This document shows, piece after piece, positions 13,983 to 26,300 of a stretch of 64,000 nt of DNA. The DNA is from Azolla caroliniana. Its lineage: Eukaryota > Plantae > Polypodiophyta. Position numbers and translations under genes: made by a program. The stretch covers positions 11,966,001 to 12,030,000 of the forward strand of contig JBHGNT010000014.1 of NCBI GenBank assembly GCA_043228905.1, read 5' to 3'. The notes below the pieces were generated by a model. The model saw only the letters and a program-made list of their open reading frames with translations. It did not search any database and was not told the origin of the DNA. How positions within the stretch are numbered: the first letter of the stretch is position 1; each line of letters starts with the position of its first letter.

Positions 13983-16900
13983 ATGGAACAAGTTTGGAAC
14001 GCAGTTGGAACGATCTCTCCAAATGAGACCTCTCAACCCCAATCCGCATCTCGCACACAAGCTGAGATCACTATTGAGCAATTGCTCACTACTACCTTGA
14101 ATCAATTGGCCGAAATGAGACAGGCCAATATGGCATTGGAAAAGAAATTCCAAGAATTAACTATTGAGTCCAAGAAAGAAGGTGAACCTTCCTTCGTAGT
14201 CACGCCTTTCAAGGGAGATAAGAAAGAAAGAACCGAGGAGGCCATTAGCACTTGGCTTGGTCGTTGGGAGTCTCACTTTGAGCTTCATCCCAAGCCCGAT
14301 GCAGTAAAAATTGGTTATGTCGGTCGTGAGTTAGGTGGCCGAGCTGCTGCTTGGTGGCGTGGCCTAAGGACCGCAAAAAAACTTACCCACAACTTGGGAA
14401 GGTTTCGTTGATGTTTTTAAGAAACAATTCTTGCAGCCACCTTCTCAAACCGAACAAGCGCAACACTTGCTCACATTGTCTAGTAAGCCATTTACCTCTC
14501 TCGAGGATTATGTGCATCACGCTCGGACCCAGATCCAAAAATCGGGACTTACGGGTGAGAAATGGTTTGTCGCTTGTTTTTTAAATGGTATTCCCAATGG
14601 GGATTATCATTGGATTGTCCATGACAAGGACCCCACAACTTTCGAGGAAGCCGTCAACATTGTGCTGCGATACCATAGGACTTCCAAGAAAGACCACAAT
14701 AAACCTGAGTTCACCAAAACTCCGAATGTCAAGTTCATTGGGAAACGTAAGCAATCCAGTGACACTCTTGACCGCGACTCAAAGAAACCGAACCTCTTCT
14801 GTGCATATTGCAAGAAGCGGGGCCACACAAAGGATACCTGTCGTCGTCTTGAGAGGAAGTCAATGAACACCCCTCCTCAAGACAAATCTACGAGTCACAC
14901 AGGTGAGTCTTTTGATATTGTTGAAGTTCATACCAATCACTTAAGTTTATGTGAATGCACTTTTCCTTCACATTTACTTGGACCTAATGATTTACTCCGA
15001 GCAGTCGGATATATCAATGGAACACAAGCACATTTCTTGTTTGATTCCGGTAGTTCTCACAATTTTCTTAATGATCACTTTGTGCAGCAAATGGAGCTCC
15101 ACATAAACGCAAGTGATCATATCTATCAAGTTCACATGGCAAATGGAAACGTTCAATACATCAGTGGCATTGTTTGTCAACTGCCAATTCAAATAGATAC
15201 TTATTTGGAGAAGCTTGACTTTCATGTTATGAAATTACAATCCGCAGATGTCATTTTAGGATATCCTTGGTTTTTTAATAAAAACCCTTCTTTGTCCATT
15301 GATTGGGTTAATCACTCAATCACATTTGAACTTAATAATTGTAAACATTTTATTCAATGTTCCAAACTTCCTTCTCATTCACTTGTGTCTTCTAAATCTT
15401 TAAGTGAGTATTCTAGTTCATTAATTTATTCGTGTGTAATTGATCCTGCGGTTCAATTTTATTATTTTAATATTGACGCCACACAATTACCACATTTTGA
15501 GCAACGATTACTCGACTCTATTTTAGAGGATTTTCAAGATGTGTTTCATACTGAATTACCGCTTACTTTACCACCTAAACGTAATGTGGACCATCAAATT
15601 GAACTCATCCCTGGGGCTGCTCCTGTGAGCATTCCACCTTACCGACTTAGTCGATTAGAAGAGGATGAGATCGCTAAACAACTTAAGGAATACTTGAGTA
15701 TGGGCCACATTAGGTATAGTAAATCACCTTGGGGTGCGCCAGTTCTATTAGTCAAGAAGAAGGAAGGTTCGTGGCGAATGTGTATCAATTATCGCCGTTT
15801 GAATAAAATGACAATTAAGAATGCATATCCATTACCTCGTGCCGATGATTTGATTGATCGTTTGCACGGGGCTCGATATTTTACGAAAATTGACTTACGA
15901 ACTGGTTATCATCAGATTCGCATCGCCGAGGATGATATTCCTAAAACCACTTTTCGTACGCGCTATGGCCATTATGAGTTTTTAGTCATGCCGTTTGGGT
16001 TGACTAATGCTCCAGCCACATTCCAACAAGCGATGAATGATGTTTTCCGAGATCAACTCGGTGATTTTGTTGTCGTCTTCTTGGATGATATTTTGATATA
16101 TAGCCGTACCTTGCAAGATCATGTTCAACATGTTCGATTTGTTTTGCGAAAGTTGCGTGACAACTCTTTCTATGCAAAACATTCAAAATGTGACTTCTTC
16201 CAAAAATCTATTGTGTACCTAGGTCATTTAATTACAGAAAATGGCGTTGAAATTGAACCTTCTCGTATTGAAAAGGTTAAACTTTGGCCCATTCCTCGTA
16301 ATATTCGTGAACTTAGATCATTCTTAGGGTTTGTTGGATTTTTACGAAAATCAATTCGTAACTATTCCAAATTGACTACGCCATTAACTGACCTTTTAAA
16401 AGGTCATCCACGTAAGTCTGTCAAACCAATTTCATGGAATGAACAACTTGACAAATCATTTGAGACACTCAAGGAGCATGTGTGTCAAGCTCCCACTCTT
16501 CTATTACCAGACCCTTCTAAGCCTTTCTCAATTGAAACCGATGCTAGTGATTATGCTATTGGTGCCGTTCTTTATCAAGGTGGTCACCCTATTGCTTTTG
16601 AAAGTAAGAAGCTTGATGCTGCTCAATCTCGGTATTCGGTTCAAGAGAAAGAGTTGTTTGCGGTGATACACGCACTTAAAACATGGAGGCACTATCTCTA
16701 TGGAAATAAATTTGTGGTTACAACAGACCATCAATCATTAAAGTATTTTTGTGACCAGCCCGATCTTGTTGGTCGTAAAGGCCGTTGGGCTGACCTTATG
16801 CAAGATTTTGATTTTTCCATACGATATCGCAAGGGTTCTATGAACACCGTTGCTGATGCTCTTAGTCGCATTAAAGAAGTTAACATGCTTAGCTTCACGG

Positions 16901-18387
16901 AAATAAAATCTGATCTTTTAGATCACCTTCGAGGGAAATACCTTGATGACAGTTATTTCTCAAAATACTGGACGAAAGCCGAATCTGGTTTAGATGCCGA
17001 TACTAGCACCCTACCCTCGAAGGCGACCTTTCACATTACAAACGGTTTGCTCTACCGTAGTGGAAAGGTCTGTGTTCCAGATTTACCAAATGTTAAACAG
17101 AAAATTTTTCATGAATGTCATGATGCACCATCTGCTGGTCATCCTGGAATACAACGCACACTCGTTCTCATCTCGTGTACTTTTTTCTGGCCTAAGATGC
17201 GCTCTGACGTGCATAAATACGTAACTCAATGCTTACAATGTCAGATTAATAAGTCAGAACGACTTAAAGCTGCTGGTCTTTTACATCCCTTAGATATTCC
17301 CAACAATAAATGGGAAAGTATCTCGATGGATTTTATTGTTAGTTTACCTCGTACACAGAGGGGTCATGATGCCATATGGGTTGTCGTTGACAGGCTAACA
17401 AAATTAGCTAGATTTATTCCTACAAAAACCACGGTAACCGCTCAACAGTTGGCTTATCAATTTGTTGATGAGTTATTTCGTTTTTATGGATTACCGATGG
17501 ATATTGTTAGTGATCGAGATTCCAAGTTTACTAGTGACTTTTGGACTCAGGTCTTTAAGAAACTAGAAACTACGTTGAGCATGAGTTCCGTAGATCATCC
17601 TCAGTCTGATGGACAAACTGAACGAGTTAATCAAATTATTGAGGACATGCTTCGAGCTTATGTAGCAAAAACCCCGTCTAAGTGGGAGCAATACCTTCCT
17701 ATCTTAGAATTTGCCTATAATAGCTCTAAACATACATCCACTGGATATAGTCCTTTTATGTTGATGTATGGTTTTCAGCCACGTGCCCCAGTTGATGTCA
17801 CGATTCATCGTGATACATTAGACAGTACACGCAATTTTTTGCAAGACATGAACCAAATGTTGCATATTGCCAAAGAAAATGTCAAGACAGCTCAAGATCG
17901 TGCTCGATTTTATGCTGATCAGGATAGACGTCCTCGTGCATTTACTATTGGTCAAAAAGTTTTTTTGCGTGTCCCGACTGATCCTACGTCATTATCTACG
18001 GGCAAGTGCGCTAAGTTAGCCCCACGATATTGTGGCCCATTTGAAATCCTTAAGCGAGTTGGGTCATCTGCTTATCACCTTGCCTTACCTCGTAACGTTG
18101 GTATTCATCCTGTTTTTCACGTCAGTCGTCTAAAACCATTTTTAGGCTCTGGTGATAACACCATCACAATCCAAGATCTTGTAACATTAGAGGATTTTTC
18201 TTACAAACCTCATGTTCCTGAACGAATTCTTGATTCTCGTACTAAACGTTTACGTTCTAAAGAGATTCGGCTATTCAAGATCAAATGGATGGATAAACCT
18301 ATTGATGATGCCACATGGGAACGCGAGCATTCGCTTAAGGCACAATTTCCTCACTTTATATTGCAAGAGTGCAATCTTTTGAAGTAG
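13983..18387 (+). CDS. Gypsy Gag-Pol polyprotein (gag, CCHC, PR, RT, RNase H, INT, chromodomain) with one frame break near 14390
   Basis: ORFs 13983-14411 and 14431-18387 (1318 aa): CAYCKKRGHTKDTC, LFDSGSSH, FLDD, ETDASD, integrase HHCC and core, and a C-terminal chromodomain PERILDSR...IKWMDKPIDDATWE. Confidence 0.93.
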
Positions 18388-18394
18388 GGGAGTA

Positions 18395-18865
18395 TGTTAT
18401 GTACACATAACGTTGGTGAGGGTAGGTCACTAATATTTACATTAGTGAAGGGTATGTTCACTATTATTAAAAAGGGGACTAATGATTGGATAGAATGAAT
18501 GATATGTGCATGCACTATCATGATTTAGACAACCAATGAATAGAGAGCCTTTTAGAAAGGCACATCTATTCAAGGGGCCTAGGAAAAGGTATAAATATGA
18601 GGCTTAGCTACCCTCATAGGAATCACGTCGGAAGGCTGCTGTCGTAGACACCGGTGGTGCGGGCTAGGCTTTCGTCTCGACGATCGTGTTTATCTCTTCC
18701 AAGGTATTAGTCATCCTAATATCCGGCGGTATGGGACGTCGGTGGTAGGTTGGCTATGTCTAGATCATAGCTCGGGGGTGGTCGGGTGGAACGGGTTCTT
18801 CTATCCAATCTATTTTCTTCCTTATTACTTGATTTGGTCTATTGATTAGTAATAGACTCTTAACA
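18395..18865 (+). repeat. 3' LTR of nested chromovirus
   Basis: Direct repeat followed by the TCCAT TSD. Confidence 0.96.
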
Positions 18866-19794
18866 TCCATGCTCGCACAAAGCACATCGAGGTGCACTAC
18901 CACTTCGTGCGTGAGCGGGTCCTGAGCGGTGAAGTTGACCTACGGTATGTTCATACGGATCGGCAAGTTGTCGACATCTTCACCAAGCCGCTCGGATCGG
19001 ACAAGTTGCAGCACTTTACCGACATGCTTGGTATTCAGCATCTCGACGTGCCGCACTTGAGGGGGAGAAGCAAGGGCAAAGTCTCTACCGAAATGGGCAA
19101 AGGCCAAAAAACTATTGAACACGTCGGTAAGAGGAGAGCCGGAAGAAGAGGAGACAAGAAGATGAAGGAAGCCGAGTCGACAAAGGAAGTCGACACATCC
19201 GAACAGGTCGGAGCAAGCGGCTGTGAAGAAGAGTTGTGCACTCAGGAAGAGAAGTGCATGTTGTGCGGAGGTCATCACGACGGTACTGACCATGATGCAG
19301 AGTCGAATGAAGAATTCGATTTCGGTTCACCGGCTGAAGAAGCTGAAGGAAGCATGGAGAAGGCTAGGACTCGAAAGTGGTTCGATGTGGTGAGAGGCCT
19401 GAAGCCGGAAGTCGAATCGGAGTGTACCGATTCGGACAAGAGCTGGAACGAGTCGGAGACAGCTGACTCGGATCAATAGATGGATCCGGATGAGTCGGAT
19501 CGACTGAAGACCAAGGGGACACGGACACAGCGGAAGTCGATGCCATCGTGGGAGAACCGACGGATCGGCAAGCGCCGGAGTCACAGCAACGTGAGTGCTG
19601 AGATGGGCCTATTGAGCAGACATGTCAACCGAGAGGGTTGAGGCGCGCAGAACCGAAGGGGTCGCGGCAAACGGGACCAGACCGGACTAGGAGCGCGAGC
19701 AAGGCGAAGTGATGCCAGGAGAAGTCGGTTGGAAGAACCGACTGCCACAGAGGTCGACACTACGACCCCACCTCAGGTTGAGCTTGAGGGGGAG

Positions 19795-20124
19795 TGTTGA
19801 GCGGCAAGCTCAACCAGAGCCGGATCGGCTGAATAAGCCGGAGCCGGTAAGCGAGACGGATCGGGCGAAACGGATCGGTATGACGGTGAGCAACCGAACC
19901 GGCAAGCAGTGGAGGCCGAGTGCAATCCGTAACCGGAAGTCCAATCGGAAGCCTAGTATAGGATAGACTACTAGGTAGCTATAGTCTCGTAGTAAGTGTT
20001 AGATGCTCGTGTGAGCATTGAAGTACATGGTACTTCTGTCAGTCCCAAGAGGACTTGTATAAATAGTGCTACTTAGCATAGTGTGTATATAGAGTCTTGA
20101 TATAATTTTGAAATTGTGTTCTGC

Positions 20125-20189
<65 letters not shown>

Positions 20190-20229
20190 TGTTCTCTGTT
20201 TTACGCTTCCGCAAACACTTACGTTTACA
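19795..20229 (+). repeat. 3' LTR of Copia
   Basis: Preceded by the PPT, followed by the TTTAT TSD. Confidence 0.96.
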
Positions 20230-20519
20230 TTTATTTTCTCTAGGGTTAACCTTTAACCGTCATTGGGTTTGGTCTGATGGTGCTGCCTCGCAGTTTAAGG
20301 CAGCACGATCGTTCTACTTTATCGCCAGGTAATTTTTAATCCATATGTTTAGTACTTATCATGCAATGTGTAAGGAAGTAATTCTTGTGTTAGTGGATGC
20401 ATACTAATTATGTTTGTAACTATTAACAAACAGTACTATTCACATGGATGCATACTAATTATGTTTGTAACTATTCAAATCTTGCACTTGTGAATGGATG
20501 CATGCATACTAATTTTGTT

Positions 20520-21340
20520 TGTACTATGTTGTGTGTTGTATCTGTACTAAATCAGTATTTATTGAAGGATGTAAAGTACTCGTATTGTACTCTATAGTAT
20601 TGTCTGTCCTTAAGAGAATTGTACTAAGTAACTTTTAATCCATGTGAAGTGTTCTCCATAGACACATTGTACTATGTTGTGTTTACAAAAGGATGTAAAG
20701 TACTCATCTTGTACTCATAGTATTGTCCGTCCTTAAGAGAATTGTACTAATTATCTTTTTATCCATGTGAAGTGTTCTCCATAGACACATTGTACTATGT
20801 TATGTGTTGTATCTGTACTATGTTGTGTGTATAGAAGGATGTAAAGTACTCATATTGTACTCAGAGTATTGTCCGTGCTTAAGCGAATTGTACTAAGTAT
20901 CGATTAATCCATGTGAAGGGTTCTCCATAGACACATTGTACTATGTTGTGTGTTGGTTCTGTACTATGTTGTGTTTACAAAAGGATGTAAAGTACTCATC
21001 TTGTACTTATAGTATTGTCCGTCCTTAAGAGAATTGTACTAATTAAGTTTTAATCCATGTGAAGGGTTCTCCATAGACACATTGTACTATGTTGTGTGTT
21101 GTATTTGTACTATGTTGTGTTTACAGGAGGATGTAAAGTACTCATCTTGTACTCATAGTATTGTCTGTCCTTAAGAGAATTGTACTAAGTATCGATTAAT
21201 CCATGTGAAGGGTTCTCCATAGACACATTGTACTATGTTGTGTGTTGGTTCTGTACTATGTTGTGTTTACAAAAGGATGTAAAGTACTCATCTTGTACTT
21301 ATAGTATTGTCCGTCCTTAAGAGAATTGTACTAAATCAGT
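20520..21340. repeat. 146-bp tandem array in transposase intron 2
   Basis: CCATGTGAAG anchors at about 20640, 20763, 20909, 21055 and 21201; variants alternate. Confidence 0.9.
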
Positions 21341-22476
21341 ATTTACTCATGTTGTACTCATAGTATTGTACTCATCTTGTACTCATCTTTTAAACACACT
21401 ATGTGGTACTGATTATCTATTAATCAATGTTCAGCGTTCTCCATGAACACACTGTATTGTACTATGTGTTGTATCTATACTAAATCAGTGTTTATTGGGG
21501 GATGTAAAGTACATGTCTTGTAGTACTAATGATCTTCTAAGGAGGGTTGTGTTCTCTGTGGACACATTGTACTGTACTATCCGATATTGAACATTTTGTA
21601 CTATTTATCTGTTAATACATGTAGAGTGCTTTCCATGAACTCATTGTACTATACTTTGTGCTATATCCATACTAAGTTAGTATTAAATGGATGCCAGGTA
21701 CTGTTGGTTGACAACATAGTACTATTTATCTTTTAATAAGTGTAGAGTGTAGTACTCTCAATTGACAACGTAGTACTAATTTTGTTGGAAACCTGAGATA
21801 CCAAAGCAGGTATTTCTCCTTATTCAATATTCGTATGCAATGGAATTACTTCAGGTCTGGACATGGAAAAGGAGAGCATGATGGCGCGGGGGCTGTGATC
21901 AAACGTGCCCTTACAAGTGAGTAGTTGGATAATAATGGTGCTAAGTTACAAAATGCACATGATGTTGTGCAGTGGCTAACATGGAAGATGTCAAATGATG
22001 GCAAGAACAGATTGTTTGTTGAAGTTCACGTTGATGAGGTCGATAGAACTAAATCATATGGTTGTAAAACCGTGAAAGGCACACGCAGCACCCATTGTGT
22101 GTTAGGGTTTAGCTGCAAGGACACAACACAATTGTTACTCCGTAGTTTATCATGCTTTTGTTCCATGTGTCTAGATGAAGCTTGGGATAAATGCATCAAC
22201 CTATCAATCGTGGAGCCCTGGAAGCTGCAGAAGCTTGAGCCTGAACGACAAGATGATATTGAAGAGGATGTGCATTCAAACGATATTGTATACTACAACC
22301 AAAATCAAGACTTGGCAGTTTTATTGGAAGTTGGAGATCATTTTGCAGTGCTCAAATCTCCTCATTTTGCAGTGTTTTCAAAGTCTGACTTTTGACATGT
22401 ACCTGGGAGTGTGATAAATTCGTCTTCACGATCAGGTTTTGGACTCGTATCTCCGTCACCAAATATCATTTCGTCA

Positions 22477-25400
22477 TCAGCTAGTAACACAAGTACATGG
22501 TATTAGACAATGGATTAGGTTGACAATGCTCCGGACAGGTGAGAACTTATATGACTCACCATTGCATTCAACTTTGCCTTTCTTGCCGTTTCCATACAAC
22601 TTTCTTGCAGCATTTCTCTTCTTACTGGGCTCTATTTGTAAAGAAACTGCATTTCTCTTCTTAGTGGGCTCTATTTCTTGATGTTGACCGGAGCTTGGGG
22701 AATTTGTTTGTAGAAGCATATGTTCCACTGCTCCAATGGCCCTTCTCATACATTCATCCTCATCATAAAAATCATAGGTTATTGGTAATGATGGTCCCTG
22801 AACCTTGGAATGTGCAGCAGATATTGAGGGTTTAGGCACAGGGGCTGGTTGTTCCATTACCTTCCTTGGCGTGGAGTTGCTTGACACTACAACATTCATT
22901 GCAAGAAACAAAAAAACCTTAAATGTTAGTACCATCATCTAAAATATATAATGTAGGTCACAAGAGCTGCTTCCCATATTACACAATGTACCAATCATGA
23001 ACAATGTACTACTCACATAGTTCCTAAATTACTGAACTAGTACTAATAAGGAACATTGTACTGCTCACTTAGTTCACAATTTACACAAGTAGTACTAATC
23101 ATGCACAATATACACAAGTAGTACTAATCATGCACAATATACTACTCACTTAGTTACCAAATTACACAAGGAGTACTAATCCCGAACAATGTACCACTGA
23201 CTTAGTCAAATTAAAAAGTAGTACTAATCTTGAACAATGTACTACTCACTTGTTTCCTAAATTACTGAACTAGTATTAATAAGGAACAATGTACTACTCA
23301 CTTAGTTCCCAATATACACGATTAGTACTAATCATGCACAATATACACAAGTAGTACTAATCATGCACAATATACTACTCACTTAGTTACCAAATTAAAC
23401 AAGTACTAATCCCGAAAAATGTACCACTGACTTAGTCAAATTAATAAGTAGTACTAATCTTGAACAATGTACTACTCACTTAGTTACCAAATTACACAAG
23501 GAGTACTAATCCCGAACAATGTATTGCTCACTTAGTTCCCAATTTACACAAGTAGTACTAATCGTGCACAATATACTACTCACTTAGTTACCAAATTACA
23601 CAAGGAGTACTAATCCCGAACAATGTAATGCTCACTTAGTTCCCAATTTACACAAGTAGTACTAATCATGCACAATATACTACTCACTTAGTTACCAAAT
23701 TACACAAGGAGTACTAATCCCGAACAATGTACCACTGACTTAGTCAAATTACACAATTAGTACTAATCCTAAACAATGTACTACTCAACAATGTACCACT
23801 GACTTAGTCAAATTACACAATTAGTACTAATCCTACAAAATGTTCTACTCACTTATTTTCTAGATTACTGATCTAGTATTGATAAGGTACAAAACTAGTA
23901 CTAATAAGGAACAAAGTACTACTCAGTTCCCAAATTACAAAACTAGTATTAATCATGAGCAATGTACTAATAACTTAGTTCACAAAGTACAGAACTAGTA
24001 CTAATCATGAACCATGTAGTACTTACTAAGTACTAATCCAACAAATGTAGATTGGTATTTTGCACACAAGTAATACTAAACGTGATATGTGTTCTACACA
24101 CCTAGTTACATAACTTGTACTAATTACACCAACAGTATTAATCTTGAACAGTATTAGTACTAAACGTGATATGTGTTTGACACACCTCATTTCCAAATTA
24201 CAATAATTGTACTATTATTCAGCAATTTACTATACACCTTGTTCCCAAATTACATTACTAGTACTAATTCCCAAGTTACACAAACAATACTAACAGTCAA
24301 CAGTGTACTATAAGTATAGTGTTTACTCAACTAATACTAGGCAAGTTGCAATATAGATTGGACAATGTTGTACCTGGTTCCCTTTTAGTACTACTAATTC
24401 TGGAAAATATCCCTTCAACTACACATACCAATTATATATTAAGAGTACTGCCAATACTAACCCACATAATTAGGGTTCCACATAATAGTTGTTAGAGATT
24501 ACACTAAATTTGAAGTATGAATTGTGGCATACACTAGTTCTAGTCCAAATGTTAATTGACATCATATAATACAAACAATAGAATAGTAGAGCCACATACC
24601 GTACGGGTGTACTTTTAAACCCCAAGCATTGTACCACTCAGCCGCAATTGTAGTTTTACAGTCCATACATGTATTCTCTTTCTCAAAATGATACTTAGCA
24701 CATAGCACATGATATGTGTGCAAGCATGGTGTAATCACAACATCCATAGCCTCCAGCTTGAATCCGAGGCCACAAAATATACACCTGGAAGATTGCAAAC
24801 ACACTTATAATATATTAGCTACTCACTTATTTATACCAGAGAAGTAGAAATAAATAACTTTTAAAGCCAATACCGTGATATAGCTATACTAGTAATGGTA
24901 CTTTCTATACCACTTGGGTGCTCAATTACAGATGGACACAAAGTATCAAAACCATTTTGTTTTAAATCCTGCATCAAGCATGCAAGGTTCTCAGAATGCA
25001 ACTTTAAGGCTGACAACTTATTATCTATTTCTTCATGTGCATTCCTGCAAGTATCAAGGTCTCTCATCTGTGAACCTAATTGAGTGCCCATATTGTTCAG
25101 CTCTTTCTTCAACTCCTCTTTCAACACCTCACTTTCTGAATTTTGGATTGTCGATGCAATCCATTCATATGTAGTTTTTATTGAAGAAAATTTCTTTTCT
25201 GCCTGTATCTCAGCTGATTTAACTGCTTCCAAATCAGCAAGTAGTGCTTGTATTCTTGAGCTCATAGAAGCTATGCAACCGGCCATCATCTGTTCATGCT
25301 TTTCAGTCATTGTGGCCCGTACCTTTGCCTCTAGAACTTGGTGGACAGGTGTTGTAGCTGGAATATCCACATGAGAGGTTCCAGATGACTTCAAGCCAGT

Positions 25401-25868
25401 GTTGGTACTGGAGGACCCTTTGTAATGTTCTGACCGGTGCCGATTAAAATCTCCCCAATTTACGTCAATGCCACCTTGAACTTCACATGCAAAAGCACAT
25501 GCAAAAACAGTACCCACCTCATTGTTAGTGATTTGATTTGTATCATAAACATGTTCGTATCTCGTCTTCAATAAATTCATGTATTCCCTCTTCAAACCAC
25601 TTATGTGGAATCCTCGCCTTGTGTCGGGATGTGCTAACCCCTAGGTTTTTAACAACCACTCTCTCAGCTCTGGATAAACGCCAGGTCATGCTCGAAGGAA
25701 ATAATTCCATCCAAGAGGTGTGTCTCGACTGATGGAGTGGTACATCTTCTTTCTCTGTGTTGATGAATTCATCACCCTTTCTCTTGTGGGTGTCCTTCTT
25801 CCTTCCTTCACTGGTGTCTTCACTTTCTCTTTCATCAATGTCTTCTTTATGGGTGTCCTTCTCGTCAT
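22477..25868 (-). pseudogene. Second gene of the DNA transposon: basic N-terminus, coiled-coil and RING-H2 finger protein, about 530 codons
   Basis: Exons 25868-24874, 24784-24600 and 22886-22477 join in frame across GT-AG introns 24873-24785 and 24599-22887. RING-H2 pattern CIFC-x15-CLHTYHVLC-x10-CMDC. In-frame stops at 25686-25688 and 25641-25643. Confidence 0.75.
22990..24330. repeat. ~52-bp AGTACT-rich tandem array in the intron of the RING gene
   Basis: AGTACTAAT at 23502, 23554, 23606, 23658 and 23710, alternating between two variants (104-bp higher-order unit). Confidence 0.9.
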
Positions 25869-25929
25869 TGTCCTAGTCAACACAATTCTCAGGGAATGAA
25901 TATGCATGTACTAGAAGAAAACTCAAGCA

Positions 25930-26300
25930 ATTACCATCAACACATAGCAAATCATCACATTGCATGTACAAACCATGTCAAACACACAATAACCCTAAAT
26001 AGTCGGAAAAATACTCATCCATGTCAAACACACAGACAATAAAAACAGACGGATAGGAAAGTCAAAGAAAACGAAAACATTGTAAATCATCATAGCCAAC
26101 TCCATCACATCGCATGTACAAGCCATGTCAAACACACAAAAACCCAAAATAGTCGGAAAAAAACTCATCCATGTCAAACTCACACAAAATAAAACAGATG
26201 GACAGGAAACAAGAACAAAACGAAAACATAGCAACTCATCATAGCCAACTCCATTTACGTTGCATGTACAAACATGTCTAACACACAACCACCTCAATCA
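25930..26300. repeat. 150-bp tandem repeat, about 2.5 copies
   Basis: GCATGTACA anchors at 25962, 26112 and 26262. Confidence 0.8.

Larger units (their letters stand above)
11756..18865 (+). mobile_element. Young Ty3/Gypsy chromovirus nested in the Copia
   Basis: 471-bp LTRs at 11756-12226 and 18395-18865 (only one difference spotted); TCCAT TSD at 11751-11755 and 18866-18870; tRNA-Met PBS 12228-12239; purine tract before 18395. Confidence 0.97.
7675..19479 (+). pseudogene. Copia gag-pol polyprotein, disrupted and split by a Gypsy insertion in RNase H
   Basis: Gag (7675-8214, TAG stop), zinc knuckle CWYCGKKGHRESEC, protease WYVDSGASNH, integrase, RT (LLYVDD) and RNase H (YTDADWAG). NPVFH at 11755 rejoins ARTKHIEVHYHF at 18871. 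Frameshifts near 10765 and 11055, TGA at 11276. Confidence 0.93.
7126..20229 (+). mobile_element. Full-length Ty1/Copia LTR retrotransposon inserted in transposase exon 2
   Basis: LTRs 7126-7580 and 19795-20229 (TG...CA); TTTAT TSD at 7121-7125 and 20230-20234; PBS 7581-7592; PPT TTGAGGGGGAG 19784-19794. Confidence 0.97.
5579..22395 (+). pseudogene. Spliced DDD-type transposase (Sola2-like), about 710 codons, disrupted
   Basis: Exons 5579-6184, 6277-7125 continuing at 20235-20328 (split by the Copia), and 21810-22395. GT-AG introns 6185-6276 and 20329-21809 keep the frame. Cys-rich region (CCCVYH...CVCTCEIC...CKVC), then DFAENY, WSDG and HGKGEHDG. One frameshift near 6710 and an in-frame TAG at 21922-21924. 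Confidence 0.85.

Noticed and set aside
20520-24330. Regular repeats resembling a CRISPR array
   Set aside because: The units are contiguous tandem repeats with no unique spacers, lie in eukaryotic introns, and there are no cas genes.
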